Origin: Bdellovibrionales bacterium
Lineage (GTDB): Bacteria; Bdellovibrionota; Bdellovibrionia; Bdellovibrionales; UBA1609
Assembly (NCBI GenBank): GCA_965203095.1
Contig: OZ241877.1
Coordinates: forward strand, 1,696,001-1,760,000
Direction of reading: 5' to 3'
DNA: 64,000 bases
Shown here: positions 1-9,493 of the stretch, piece by piece
How the letters are laid out: each line of letters begins with the position of its first letter
Numbering within the stretch: the stretch's first letter is position 1
Translations under genes and position numbers: made by a program
Notes under the pieces: generated by a model
What the model was told of the DNA's origin: nothing
Seen by the model: only the letters and a program-made list of their open reading frames with translations
Database searches by the model: none

Positions 1-1189
1 CGTTTTGAATATTTTTTATCAGTTGAGTAAGCCAAAGGCCCACCTGTTCCATTTCCTTTTCCTTCATCCCGCGAGTGGTAAGGGCAGGAGTCCCAATCCT
101 AATTCCGCTGGTGACAAAAGGGGACCTTTTTTCTCCAGGAACCGTGTTTTTATTGACAGTCAAACCTGCTTTTTCTAAAGCCTTTTCAGCCTCTTTACCT
201 GTTAAGTTCCGGTCGGAAAGATCCAGTAGTAAAAGATGATTGTCTGTTCCTCCCGTCACCATTTTTAAACCTTCTTTTTGAAAAACCTTTTCCAAAGTTT
301 TGGCATTTTGAACCACTTGCCGAGCATAATTTTTAAAAGAGGGCTTTAGGGCTGAGGCAAAGGCCACAGCTTTTCCGGCAATGACATGTTCTAAAGGTCC
401 TCCTTGGATCCCAGGGAAAATTTTTGAATTGATTTTTTTGGCCTTTTCTTCCTCTTGGCAGAGGATAAATCCTCCTCTGGGGCCTCTTAAAGTTTTATGT
501 GTTGTGGAGGTCACATAATCTGCATAAGGAACAGGCGAGGTATGTTGGCCTCCGGCCACTAAGCCGGCAATATGGGCCATATCCGCACACAGTAAAGCTC
601 CATTTCTTTTCGCGATCTCTTTAAAAATTTTAAAATCAATAATGCGTGGGTAGGCACTGGCACCGGCAATAATGATTTTGGCCTGCTCTTTTTTGGCTTG
701 GTCCTCTATAAGATTAAAATCTAATTTTTGAGTTTTTTCATTCAATTTATAAAAAACAGACTGAAACAAAAAGCCAGAAAAATTAACTGGAGATCCATGT
801 GTTAAATGCCCTCCGTGAGACAGATCTAAACCCATGATTTTATCCCCTGGCTTTAGCTCAGCTAAAAAAACAGCCATATTGGCTTGAGAACCAGAATGGG
901 GTTGGACATTGGCAAAAGGGGCAGAAAAAAGTTTTTTTGCCCGCTCTATAGCCAGCAATTCGCACTGATCGACATATTGGCAACCTCCATAATAACGGCG
1001 ACCGGGGTAGCCCTCTGCATACTTGTTGGTTAAAAGGGAACCTTGGGCCTGTTGGACGGCTAAGGAGGTATAGTTTTCTGAAGCAATAAGCTCTAAGCCT
1101 TCCGCTTGCCTTTTGGCCTCTTGCTCTATACAGTGGAAAATATCCGGATCAGTTGTTTTTAACTCGGTGTTTGGGTTTCCCTGTTTCAT
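1..1189 (-). CDS. glyA: Serine hydroxymethyltransferase, 5' part (runs off window start)
   Basis: Manual translation of the minus strand from ATG at 1189: [18 protein letters not shown]...[12 protein letters not shown]...[18 protein letters not shown]...[11 protein letters not shown]...[14 protein letters not shown]. Not in the ORF track because it has no stop in the window. Confidence 0.97.
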   Translation of the reverse strand, partial: MKQGNPNTELKTTDPDIFHCIEQEAKRQAEGLELIASENYTSLAVQQAQGSLLTNKYAEGYPGRRYYGGCQYVDQCELLAIERAKKLFSAPFANVQPHSGSQANMAVFLAELKPGDKIMGLDLSHGGHLTHGSPVNFSGFLFQSVFYKLNEKTQKLDFNLIEDQAKKEQAKIIIAGASAYPRIIDFKIFKEIAKRNGALLCADMAHIAGLVAGGQHTSPVPYADYVTSTTHKTLRGPRGGFILCQEEEKAKKINSKIFPGIQGGPLEHVIAGKAVAFASALKPSFKNYARQVVQNAKTLEKVFQKEGLKMVTGGTDNHLLLLDLSDRNLTGKEAEKALEKAGLTVNKNTVPGEKRSPFVTSGIRIGTPALTTRGMKEKEMEQVGLWLTQLIKNIQN

Positions 1190-1679
1190 TTTGCATTTTC
1201 CTTTTATTACAGATTAGGAATCAAAACAAGAACCAAAGTTGGTATGAGGGAAAAAAGTGGACCAAAGTCAAGAGACTTTGAAAAAATAGGCCATTTTAAT
1301 AGTTGCTATTTTTTAATATATGTAGTAGGTATTTTTTAGGAGGATTTTATGAGCACAAGCCCCAGAGGAGTCAGTGTCCAAGAAGCCTATACTTGGTATA
1401 GAGAGAACAAACTGTGGGTCAATCGTCACTATCAGAGAAAGCTGGTTTGGACTGTGGCGGAGAAACAAAAGCTAATTGACAGTATTCTTTTAGGCTATCC
1501 TCTTCCTTTAATTCTTTTAGCTGAAAAGGCCAATTCCTGTTATGACATCATCGATGGGATGCAAAGGTTAAACGCTATATTCACATTTATTGAAACCAGC
1601 TATTCATTGGAAAGTGGTAAATATTTTGATTTAAAAGTATTTCTTACAGCTAAATTAGAAGGGGAAAAAGGCTCATTTA

Positions 1680-2814
1680 TACTGGTCTTGTTTGAATTTT
1701 CAGGTTTCGATGACATGAAAATTATCAGTAATAAGCATGGACAATTCAGCCCTGTATTTTCTAACACCTCTTAAAAACAGCATCAACTCTTTACGAAAAG
1801 TTTTAAGATCTGAAAAATACACATTAGCCATTGTCTTCTTCTTTACAAATTTCCAAAACCTCTCAATAGGATTCAAATTAGGAGAAAATGGAGGCAAATA
1901 CAGCAAAGTAATATCCAAACTTTTCGCTAAATCCCTCACCTGAAAGGCCCTGTTATATGGTGCATTGTCTAAAACCAAATACAACCTTTTATCCCTCATA
2001 GGCTGTCTCGCCCTCACAGCTCGCAATAACTCCTGCATTGAATTTTTATTAACCCTCTCACAGCTTCTACTGACAAAATCTAAACTATTTATCTCTATCG
2101 CACCATTTATATTCACCCGCTCACGACCTGAATTAGTTTTAACCTTAAACTCCACCCCCTTCTTAATCCAACCCGATGATATTACAGGATTGAGCATAGG
2201 ATGAGTTGAATCCGCAAAATACACTAAATCACCTCTCTTTTTTATCCTGCGATATCTTTGAATAAACACCTTCTGCTTCTCAATATCAGCCTTCCCAGGC
2301 ACACCCTTTGGCTTCTTATATGAAAAATCTAACTTGTGAAGTAAAGCCGTCATTCCATTCACAGTATAAACAACCCCAAATGTCTTTTGAACATATAAAA
2401 CAACTGCCTTTGTTGTGGGATATACCTTTGACTCCAACTCCAAAACCAGTTTCTTCCGTTGTTCCTCAGATAAATACGACATGCGACCTCTATGATCGTC
2501 ATAAACCAACCTCGACAAACCTCCTTCTTCATAACGCCTTTTGCAGTTTCTGATAGTTCCTTCATCAAAAAATAAAAATCTCGCAATATCGGTGACAGAC
2601 TCTCCACTATCCAGCAACAAAATAACCCGGATACGATCCGCTCGCCTACGATTCCTTTCCAAACGAAGAAAAGTTAAAAGCTCTGCTTTTTGCTTGCCAG
2701 TTAAAAATGAGTTCATAGAAACATATTATAGAACATCCAAAAGATTTGGAAAACTCATAATGCCAAAAACTAAACCTTTATCAAAAAAACTTGATTTTTT
2801 AAATCAAACCAGTA
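1680..2814 (-). mobile_element. IS630-family insertion sequence, copy 1 (1,135 bp)
   Basis: Imperfect terminal inverted repeats TACTGGTCTTGTTTGAA / TTTAAATCAAACCAGTA, TA target duplication at 1678-1679 and 2815-2816, and a DDE transposase. Confidence 0.95.
1700..2716 (-). CDS. IS630-family transposase
   Basis: 338 aa with N-terminal HTH, YFADST, VLDNAPYN and LPPFSPNLNPIERFW (IS630/Tc1 signature). Confidence 0.96.
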   Translation of the reverse strand: MNSFLTGKQKAELLTFLRLERNRRRADRIRVILLLDSGESVTDIARFLFFDEGTIRNCKRRYEEGGLSRLVYDDHRGRMSYLSEEQRKKLVLELESKVYPTTKAVVLYVQKTFGVVYTVNGMTALLHKLDFSYKKPKGVPGKADIEKQKVFIQRYRRIKKRGDLVYFADSTHPMLNPVISSGWIKKGVEFKVKTNSGRERVNINGAIEINSLDFVSRSCERVNKNSMQELLRAVRARQPMRDKRLYLVLDNAPYNRAFQVRDLAKSLDITLLYLPPFSPNLNPIERFWKFVKKKTMANVYFSDLKTFRKELMLFLRGVRKYRAELSMLITDNFHVIET

Positions 2815-4383
2815 TAAGCCAAAACAGGTAGGTCCTCTTTTGCCCAAGGATAAGTGTGCTAAATTATTAAATTACCAGTTAGCGGTCACTGTTTTTTCTG
2901 TTGAAGATAAAAAAAAGATCAATGATGTATTTTCACGAATTAACTCCAGCGGAAGACAACTCAGCAATCAAGATAAGCGACAAGCGGGCGTGGTGACCGG
3001 CTTTTCTGATCTGGTAAGAAAAATCTCATCTGAAGTTCGCGGTGACGACTCTTCTGATGATCTTGAGCTTTTTAAAATGCCGGTTATCAGTATTGATACA
3101 AAAAAAGAATCTCATGGTTATAAAATTATTGCAGAAGAAACTTTTTGGTGTCATCATGGCATTTTATCCACAAAACAGCTGAGGCAAAGCGAAGATGAAG
3201 ATATGATCGCGGATATTTCAGCCAGTATTTTGCACCTTCCCTCTTTTTTTGCAAAAAGTAAAGATAAGCTTGACGCCTTATACAGCTCTCCAAAAGAGGC
3301 GGGAATTATAGAAACAAAACTTAGAGTTTATGGAAAAGATAAACTTAAACATGAGATAAAATTTTTGATTGAGCTTATTGATAAAACAATAAGAAAGCAT
3401 AGTTCAAAACCTACTGCTTTGCGAAAAACAGTTATGGGACAAAGCACCGCCTCCTCTATGAAAGCTCCTTTTTATGCTTTGTTCATGGCTTTTTATGATT
3501 TAGTGATCAAAGAAAGCAGATATCCTGAAAACAATGCAAAAATTTTAAAAGCTTTGAAGGACTTGCACCAAAGCTTAAGAATCCAATCCAGACACACCAC
3601 TTCAGAGGAGAGAAAAAACAATATTGCTAAAGTTAAAGGGCTTATTCAAAGCCATTTTGTCAAAAAAGAGCCTCTGCAAATTTTACATGGCCCGGGCTTA
3701 ATAATGGATTTTGAAAACTCTCTCCGGCGATCTAAAATTGAAACTCCTCATTATGAGTTTAAGCAAGGATTATTACAATTAGATACTTCCAGAGCTTTTG
3801 GTAAAGCTTTGATTAAAAAATTGACTCAAACAGCTTGTGGCATAGCCAATCTTGGCCCGGGAAAAGAGGGGTATATCCATATTGGAGTTGCAGATCGAAA
3901 AGAACATGCTGATAAAATAAAAAAAATAGATTCCATAACTCCTAAAAAGGTTAATGGATTTTATGTGGTTGGGGTGGATAGGGAAGCCCGATTGAAGGAA
4001 AAAACAGTTGAAGAGTATGTTGATCTTTTTGTATCTCAATTTAAAAAAGTAGATTTTTCAGATCATCTTAAAACAAGCATTTTAAAAAATATAGATACAA
4101 TCAATTATGAAGGATTTTCTGTAATTCGGCTAAAAATAGAACCTCAAATCAAAGTCAGTTATGTAGAAAATCAATGTTTTATAAGAGAGCATAGTCACAC
4201 AAAACCTGTAAATGGCCCCCATCTGGAGGCAATAATTGCACGCTTTAGTAAAACAAACAAATATACTGATCACAGTTGAAAATTCCGGTCAAAACAGAAG
4301 TAAAAAAAGCAGAAATTTTTAAAAAGAACTGGTATAACTGATTAAATCTTCAAAAAATAGTCCTTTTTGTTTATTTTTGTAGA

Positions 4384-5147
4384 TAAAAAAATAAATTGAG
4401 GATAGCTTTTCAAAAATTTTTCAGTATAATAATAGCCATCAAAAGGAGGAGGTATAATGAGTAATAAATCCACTTTACCTGATTTAGATGAAGTTTGGAA
4501 GCTTGTCCGAGAGACACAAAAAAACTTAAAAGACATCTCAGTCCGCCAAAAAGAGTTTCAAGCTCGCCAAGAAGCTTGGGAAGAGAGAGCAGAAAAAAGA
4601 GCGGAAGAAGCAGAAAAAGAGATGAAAAGATTCCAAGCCCAGCAGGCAAAAACAGAGCGTATGATACAAAAGGTTGGTGGGCGGTTTAATAAACGATGGG
4701 GTCACTTAGTGGAATCCTTGGTTAAGGGAAAACTGGTTCATTTATTAAGGGAAAGGGGGATCCAAGTAAATCAAACCTTACCCAATGTGGAGGCACAGTT
4801 GATGAATAAAGACGGCACTGTTCAAAAAAGGACAGAGTTTGACATTATTGTAGCCAATGGGACGGAAGTAGTGATTGTGGAGGTGAAAACAGTTTTATCC
4901 CCAAAAGACCTTCATTATTTTTTATCCAATTTACAAGATTTTAAATCTTATTTTCCGAAATATAAAGCCGATACTTTGTATGGAGCTGTGGCTTATTTAA
5001 AGAGCGAAGGCAAGGCTCATGTTTTATCGGAGAGAGAGGGCTTATTTGTGATAAAGGCTGTGGGAGATAGTGCCAGTTTAATCAATAAGCCAGACTTTAA
5101 ACCTAAAGCCTTTACCTGAGTAGGGATATTAAAACAGGGAGAGCTTA
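4384..5147 (+). repeat. Direct repeat of the gene cassette (partner 6261-7076)
   Basis: Near-identical sequence from about 70 bp upstream of the ATG to GGGATATTAAAACAGGGAG(A/G)GCTTA downstream of the stop. Confidence 0.9.
4457..5119 (+). CDS. Coiled-coil + PD-(D/E)XK-fold protein (DUF3782-like), copy 1
   Basis: Charged N-terminal coiled coil, WGHLVESLV, TEFDIIVAN...IVEVKT. Strong RBS AAGGAGG. Confidence 0.7.
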   Translation: MSNKSTLPDLDEVWKLVRETQKNLKDISVRQKEFQARQEAWEERAEKRAEEAEKEMKRFQAQQAKTERMIQKVGGRFNKRWGHLVESLVKGKLVHLLRERGIQVNQTLPNVEAQLMNKDGTVQKRTEFDIIVANGTEVVIVEVKTVLSPKDLHYFLSNLQDFKSYFPKYKADTLYGAVAYLKSEGKAHVLSEREGLFVIKAVGDSASLINKPDFKPKAFT

Positions 5148-5215
5148 GCTTAGTTGGTTAAAGCATCCGGCTCATAACCGGAGGACCGGAGGTTCGAGTC
5201 CTTCAGCCCCTACCA
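5139..5215 (+). tRNA. tRNA with CAT anticodon (Ile2- or Met-type), acceptor stem imperfect
   Basis: D-loop AGTTGGTTA, anticodon arm TCCGG-CTCATAA-CCGGA, GTTCGAGTC T-loop, encoded CCA. The 5' strand GAGAGCT mispairs with the 3' strand AGCCCCT at two positions. Confidence 0.8.
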
Positions 5216-5311
5216 TATTTTTTCCAAAATTCAGATGAAAATTGTAATTTTTTTCACTTTTGGATTTTGATCTTGATTTTTCAACTTTTTTGTTTTAGTT
5301 ATTATTTCATA

Positions 5312-6208
5312 ATGAAAAAAATCTTTATTTGGACAATTCTTATTTTTTCTTGCTTTATTACAAGCCTTGCCTTTTCTAATGAAATTGAGTTTGAGTATTC
5401 TGGCTTGCAATCTTCTGGCTTGCAATCTGTGAAGCCAGAGGAGCTTGATACTAATTTTGGTCAAAATAGAATTTTTTACTCTTACTCAAAAACACCTATT
5501 TCAATTCAACAACAACAAAATGCTATCCGTTCTCTTACCATCACATCCAATGAAGAACGAAGGCAAGGGACAGGTTTTTTTATCAGTCCTACAACTTTAG
5601 TCACGGCCCATCATTTTATAGAAGGTTTGGAAAACGGGTTGTCCGAAATGTGGATTCTTGGGGCAATAGGTCATTTTCGTTTTAAAAAAATTATAGCTTT
5701 TTCAAAAGAGCATGATATAGCCTTAATTGAGGTGGAAAGGATTGACAAGGGAGAAGTGGAAATTCCTTTTCTAAAACTCAGCTCAAAACCAGCCCAAAAG
5801 GGAGACATTATTTACACTTTAGGTTATGCTGGTGGATCTTTTACAAGTCTTAAGAGTGAAATTAAATCTACTACATATAGGGAGGGGCACTTTGAAGTAA
5901 ATAGAATTCCTTCGAGATTTTCTTTAGTTGAACTTATACAAGTTGCGAAATCTAAAGGAGTTGATATGAGCATTGAAAAACTTAAAAAAAATCCAAAATT
6001 TAATGGATTCAGAAAAGAAACTAAGGGAATGAGTGGCGGTCCAGCAATGAATGATAGAGGAGAAGTTATAGGTGTTTATTTAGGTATTAGTGTGGCCAAG
6101 CTTGGCTATGAACTCTATCTTGGAGACATTGTGTCCAAAATATCCCATATCAATCAGCTGAAACCAAAGGATTCCTGTTGGAATAGTTTTAAAAGACTTT
6201 TATTTTGA
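5312..6208 (+). CDS. Secreted trypsin-like (S1) serine protease
   Basis: Signal peptide from ATG 5312 (MKKIFIW...). Catalytic motifs VTAHH, HDIALI and GMSGGP. Confidence 0.88.
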   Translation: MKKIFIWTILIFSCFITSLAFSNEIEFEYSGLQSSGLQSVKPEELDTNFGQNRIFYSYSKTPISIQQQQNAIRSLTITSNEERRQGTGFFISPTTLVTAHHFIEGLENGLSEMWILGAIGHFRFKKIIAFSKEHDIALIEVERIDKGEVEIPFLKLSSKPAQKGDIIYTLGYAGGSFTSLKSEIKSTTYREGHFEVNRIPSRFSLVELIQVAKSKGVDMSIEKLKKNPKFNGFRKETKGMSGGPAMNDRGEVIGVYLGISVAKLGYELYLGDIVSKISHINQLKPKDSCWNSFKRLLF

Positions 6209-6333
6209 TGAGCTCATGGGCAGAAAAACCACTATCAGAGATTTCCTGCCTCTGATAAATTAAAAAAATAAATTGAGGATAGCTTTTCAAAAATTTTTCA
6301 GTATAATAATAGCCATCAAAAGGAGGAGGTATA

Positions 6334-7050
6334 ATGAGTAATAAATCCACTTTACCTGATTTAGATGAAGTTTGGAAGCTTGTCCGAGAGACACAAAAAA
6401 ACTTAAAAGACATCTCAGTCCGCCAAAAAGAGTTTCAAGCTCGCCAAGAAGCTTATCAAAAAGAGCGAGAAAAAGAGCGAGAAATCCGCCAGAAAGAGTG
6501 GCAAGCTCGCCAAGAAACTTGGGAAAAAAGAGCGGAAGAAGCAGAAAAAGAGATGAAAAGATTCCAAGCCCAGCAGGCAAAAACAGAGCGTATGATACAA
6601 AAAGTGGGTGGTCGTTTTAATAAACGATGGGGTCACTTAGTGGAATCCTTGGTTAAGGGAAAACTGGTTCATTTATTAAGGGAAAGGGGGATCCAAGTAA
6701 ATCAAACCTTACCCAATGTGGAGGCACAGTTGATGAATAAAGACGGCACTGTTCAAAAAAGGACAGAGTTTGACATTATTGTAGCCAATGGGACGGAAGT
6801 AGTGATTGTGGAGGTGAAAACAGTTTTATCCCCAAAAGACCTTCATTATTTTTTATCCAATTTACAAGATTTTAAATCTTATTTTCCGAAATATAAAGCC
6901 GATACTTTGTATGGAGCTGTGGCTTATTTAAAGAGCGAAGGCAAAGCTCATGTTTTATCGGAGAGAGAGGGCTTGTTTGTGATAAAGGCTGTGGGAGATA
7001 GTGCCAGTTTAATCAATAAGCCAGACTTTAAACCCAAAGCCTTTGCTTGA
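6334..7050 (+). CDS. Coiled-coil + PD-(D/E)XK-fold protein (DUF3782-like), copy 2
   Basis: Near-identical to 4457-5119 with an 18-aa longer coiled coil. Confidence 0.7.
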   Translation: MSNKSTLPDLDEVWKLVRETQKNLKDISVRQKEFQARQEAYQKEREKEREIRQKEWQARQETWEKRAEEAEKEMKRFQAQQAKTERMIQKVGGRFNKRWGHLVESLVKGKLVHLLRERGIQVNQTLPNVEAQLMNKDGTVQKRTEFDIIVANGTEVVIVEVKTVLSPKDLHYFLSNLQDFKSYFPKYKADTLYGAVAYLKSEGKAHVLSEREGLFVIKAVGDSASLINKPDFKPKAFA

Positions 7051-7075
7051 AGGGATATTAAAACAGGGAGGGCTT

Positions 7076-7267
7076 ATGCAAGATGTTTGGGAAATTATCA
7101 GAGAAAAAGGCCGTTGGGAAGGCCGGCAGGAGGGCCGACAGGAAGGCCAACAACAAGTTATCCGAAATATGCTGAAAGAGAAGGTAATTACTTCCTTTAT
7201 CGCCAATGTCACAGGATTTTCTAAAAAAGCAATAAAAAAGCTGAAAAACGGTGCTAAAGTGCCATGA
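7076..7267 (+). CDS. Stand-alone C-terminal module of Rpn/YhgA-like proteins
   Basis: MQDVWEIIREKGRWEGRQEGRQEGQQQVIRNMLKE...IANVTGFSKKAIKKL, with EGRQ repeats followed by an HTH-like tail. RBS GGGAGG. Confidence 0.65.
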   Translation: MQDVWEIIREKGRWEGRQEGRQEGQQQVIRNMLKEKVITSFIANVTGFSKKAIKKLKNGAKVP

Positions 7268-7513
7268 ACTTTCAGATGGAAGCAAAAAGGCTCAAAAAAG
7301 CCTTAAATTTGGCCTTTTTGAGGCAAAAATCTTTAAATTTAGTCTTATAAAACATATTTTTTAAAAAAATCTTGACAATTTAATGAGTCTTAATACAAGC
7401 TTTAAACTGTGTTTGTTTGCTCTTTTGGTTAGGAGGGGCTGATTTTATTTTGTTCAGCCTCTTTTTCCGATAATCAGCAAACAATTTAACTAACTAACTA
7501 AGAGGAGCGAACT

Positions 7514-8173
7514 ATGCAAAAAATCAAATCCTTTTTAAAAAGGCTTTTCTCTGCCTTCACAAAAGAGAAAAAGAGCACTTTAGGCTTTTCCCTGATAGAG
7601 CTATTGGTAGTGGTTGCCATTATCGGAGTTTTGGCCGCCGTGGCTATCCCTGCTTATAATAACTACCGGAACAATGCCGCTTACGCCGCTTTGACCTCTT
7701 CCCTTCAAAATATAGGTAAAGGTTTTGCCGCTTGCTTAACATTAAACCAATGGGATGACTGTCAAACTTTAGGTGAAATAAATGTAGTTTGTGAAGGTTG
7801 CGGAACACCGGTTGATAATACCGCAATGAGCCAATGGTGTATTGATGCTTCACGAGCGGTTGGCGGGAATACTCACATGGCCTGTTTATTTACCACTGGT
7901 GGTATTCCTACTATTGTCCCCAGTTGGGAAGCTCCCCTTTGTAGTGGCCTCACTGTCACTTATGGTTGTGCAACCCCTGGAACAAGCACAAGCTTTACTA
8001 CTCCCGGCATGAATTGCATGTCTTTAGGTTGCACTGCCACGGCGGCTATCCCTATGGTTGCAAGTGGTATGACTTGTGCAATGGACGCTACTCATAACTG
8101 TGCTACAGCAACGGGAACAGATCGGAGCACAACAAATTTTACTGGAACTTGTGCCGCTGGGGAATGCAGTTAA
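7514..8173 (+). CDS. Type IV pilin-like protein with Cys-rich C-terminus
   Basis: Prepilin cleavage/methylation motif G|FSLIELLVVVAIIGVLAAVAIPAY. RBS GAGGAG. Confidence 0.92.
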   Translation: MQKIKSFLKRLFSAFTKEKKSTLGFSLIELLVVVAIIGVLAAVAIPAYNNYRNNAAYAALTSSLQNIGKGFAACLTLNQWDDCQTLGEINVVCEGCGTPVDNTAMSQWCIDASRAVGGNTHMACLFTTGGIPTIVPSWEAPLCSGLTVTYGCATPGTSTSFTTPGMNCMSLGCTATAAIPMVASGMTCAMDATHNCATATGTDRSTTNFTGTCAAGECS

Positions 8174-8205
8174 AACAGGGCATATTGCTGATTTAAGTTT
8201 AACAA

Positions 8206-8232
8206 TAAAGGGGAGCAAAGCTCCCCCTTTAT
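8206..8232 (+). terminator. Hairpin after the pilin gene, probable intrinsic terminator
   Basis: AAAGGGGAGC-AAA-GCTCCCCCTTT. A related hairpin recurs near 8829-8853. Confidence 0.55.
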
Positions 8233-8258
8233 ATAATATATTCACAAGGAGTTTAATA

Positions 8259-8585
8259 ATGGGAATGAAAAATTTAGATTGGAAAAACCTACATGAGTTA
8301 AAGGCTTTGCTTATCTATAAAAAGCTTAAAGAAAGTAAAAAGACAAGAGTTAAAAGGGAACTTAATAAAGACAATATTTTTTCAAAAGATAAATTGCCAA
8401 GTGTTATGAATAAACTTGAAAATATCCGATATTTAGACACAGAAGGGAAAAAGGGGCTGTCTCATGTTTCAGACAGAAATAAGAAAATATGGAAAAAGTA
8501 TAAAAATACTCCCATTAGAGAGCTGGAAAAAATAATCAAGGAAAGGATTACAAGGATTTTAAATAATCATAAGGATTTTGAATGA
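8259..8585 (+). CDS. Small hypothetical protein, module A
   Basis: ATG 8259 after AAGGAG. Shares W..LHELK.LLIY.K, K..NI..LDTEGK.GL..VS and KYKNT.I.ELE.IIKE with the N-terminus of 9494-10210. Confidence 0.75.
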   Translation: MGMKNLDWKNLHELKALLIYKKLKESKKTRVKRELNKDNIFSKDKLPSVMNKLENIRYLDTEGKKGLSHVSDRNKKIWKKYKNTPIRELEKIIKERITRILNNHKDFE

Positions 8586-8753
8586 CTGAAAAACAACAAA
8601 AGGGGAGCATATAGACTTGACGGGGAACTTGGCTTTGATAGAGGGGGAAACAATGGACATAAAAGCTGGCCCACACATGGAATTTTAGAGGAATTGACAT
8701 CAGAAGGATTTTTAGAACAGAAAAAAAGACATGGTTTTAGATTAAAAAAATGA
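8582..8753 (+). pseudogene. Frameshifted copy of winged-helix-like module B
   Basis: The ATG frame stops after 10 codons. The shifted frame reads GAYRLDGELGFDRGGNNGHKSWPTHGILEELTSEGFLEQKKRHGFRLKK*, homologous to the modules in 8879 and 9494. Confidence 0.7.
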
Positions 8754-8878
8754 TTGACAAAGAAAAATAGCTGGAGTAATTGTTAGGTATTGCCCTTAAA
8801 GGATTGAAATCTAAGGAGTTTAACAAATAAGGGGAGAAAAACCGCTCCCCTTTATATTCTTTAAAGGATGTTAAACAA

Positions 8879-9424
8879 ATGAGTCTAAAAGAGATAGCTA
8901 AGAGAGCACAAAAAGCTCAAAGAGAGAGGAATAGAGAGGCTTTATCAATTGCAATATTGGATTGTTATAAATACCTTAATAGAAAATATCCAAGGGAATA
9001 CTTTGGAGCAGTTAAAATTGATAATAGACTTGGATTGGAAAAAAGAGGACATAGTGCCGGAACACATAACATTATAAACAGCTTAAAACTCAAAGGATTT
9101 TTAGAGCAAGCTTATAGGAGAGGCTTTAGGCTAAAGACAAACAAAAAAAATCCTCCCGCTATAACAAACAATAAAAGGACTAAAATGACAGATCAAGAGA
9201 TAAGACAAAAGGCTCAAAATGCTCAGGAGGATTTATTTTCTTCTGTATTGGAGTTTTATAAAGCCCATCCAAATAAATTTTATGGATCAAAAAAAGTGAC
9301 TAACAGGCTGGGTTTGTTAAAAGGATATGATTATTGGTTTGTTCATGCAATTTTAGATGAACTAAAATCAAGGGGGGAACTTGATCAAATAAAAGGAAGA
9401 GGGTTTATTTTTAGGAAGAGATAA
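8879..9424 (+). CDS. Hypothetical protein, two tandem winged-helix-like B modules
   Basis: Internal repeat: EI..(R/K)AQ.AQ ... (Y/F)(F/Y)G...(I/V).NRLGL...H.I...LK..G.L.Q...RGF. Confidence 0.75.
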   Translation: MSLKEIAKRAQKAQRERNREALSIAILDCYKYLNRKYPREYFGAVKIDNRLGLEKRGHSAGTHNIINSLKLKGFLEQAYRRGFRLKTNKKNPPAITNNKRTKMTDQEIRQKAQNAQEDLFSSVLEFYKAHPNKFYGSKKVTNRLGLLKGYDYWFVHAILDELKSRGELDQIKGRGFIFRKR

Positions 9425-9493
9425 AATCACTCAAAAAACATGAACCAAATATATAATAAAGCCTCTAAAAAAAACAAGAGAAAGGATTAAAAA

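Larger units (their letters stand above)
1349..4279 (+). pseudogene. DUF262 (GmrS/ParB-like) + Schlafen/AlbA_2 fusion, split by IS630
   Basis: DUF262 motifs YQRKLVW and IIDGMQRL precede the IS and FSRINSSG follows it. The C-terminus has AlbA_2-type motifs (ETPHYEFKQ, ACGIAN, GYIHIGVAD). Removing IS 1680-2814 and one TA restores a single frame (...KGSF-KPKQVGPLLPKDK...), about 597 aa. Confidence 0.85.

Noticed and set aside
1737..2831. Short ORFs inside both IS630 copies
   Set aside because: Antisense or alternative-frame shadows of the transposase. The tail of 22333-22662 is only the displaced capV C-terminus.
8076..8258. N-terminal 61 aa of ORF 8076-8585
   Set aside because: It overlaps the pilin 3' end and its terminator. 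The RBS and homology support a start at 8259.
8197..8860. Integron attC sites between the small genes
   Set aside because: The hairpins are short and terminator-like, without clear R/L box structure, and there is no integron integrase in the window.
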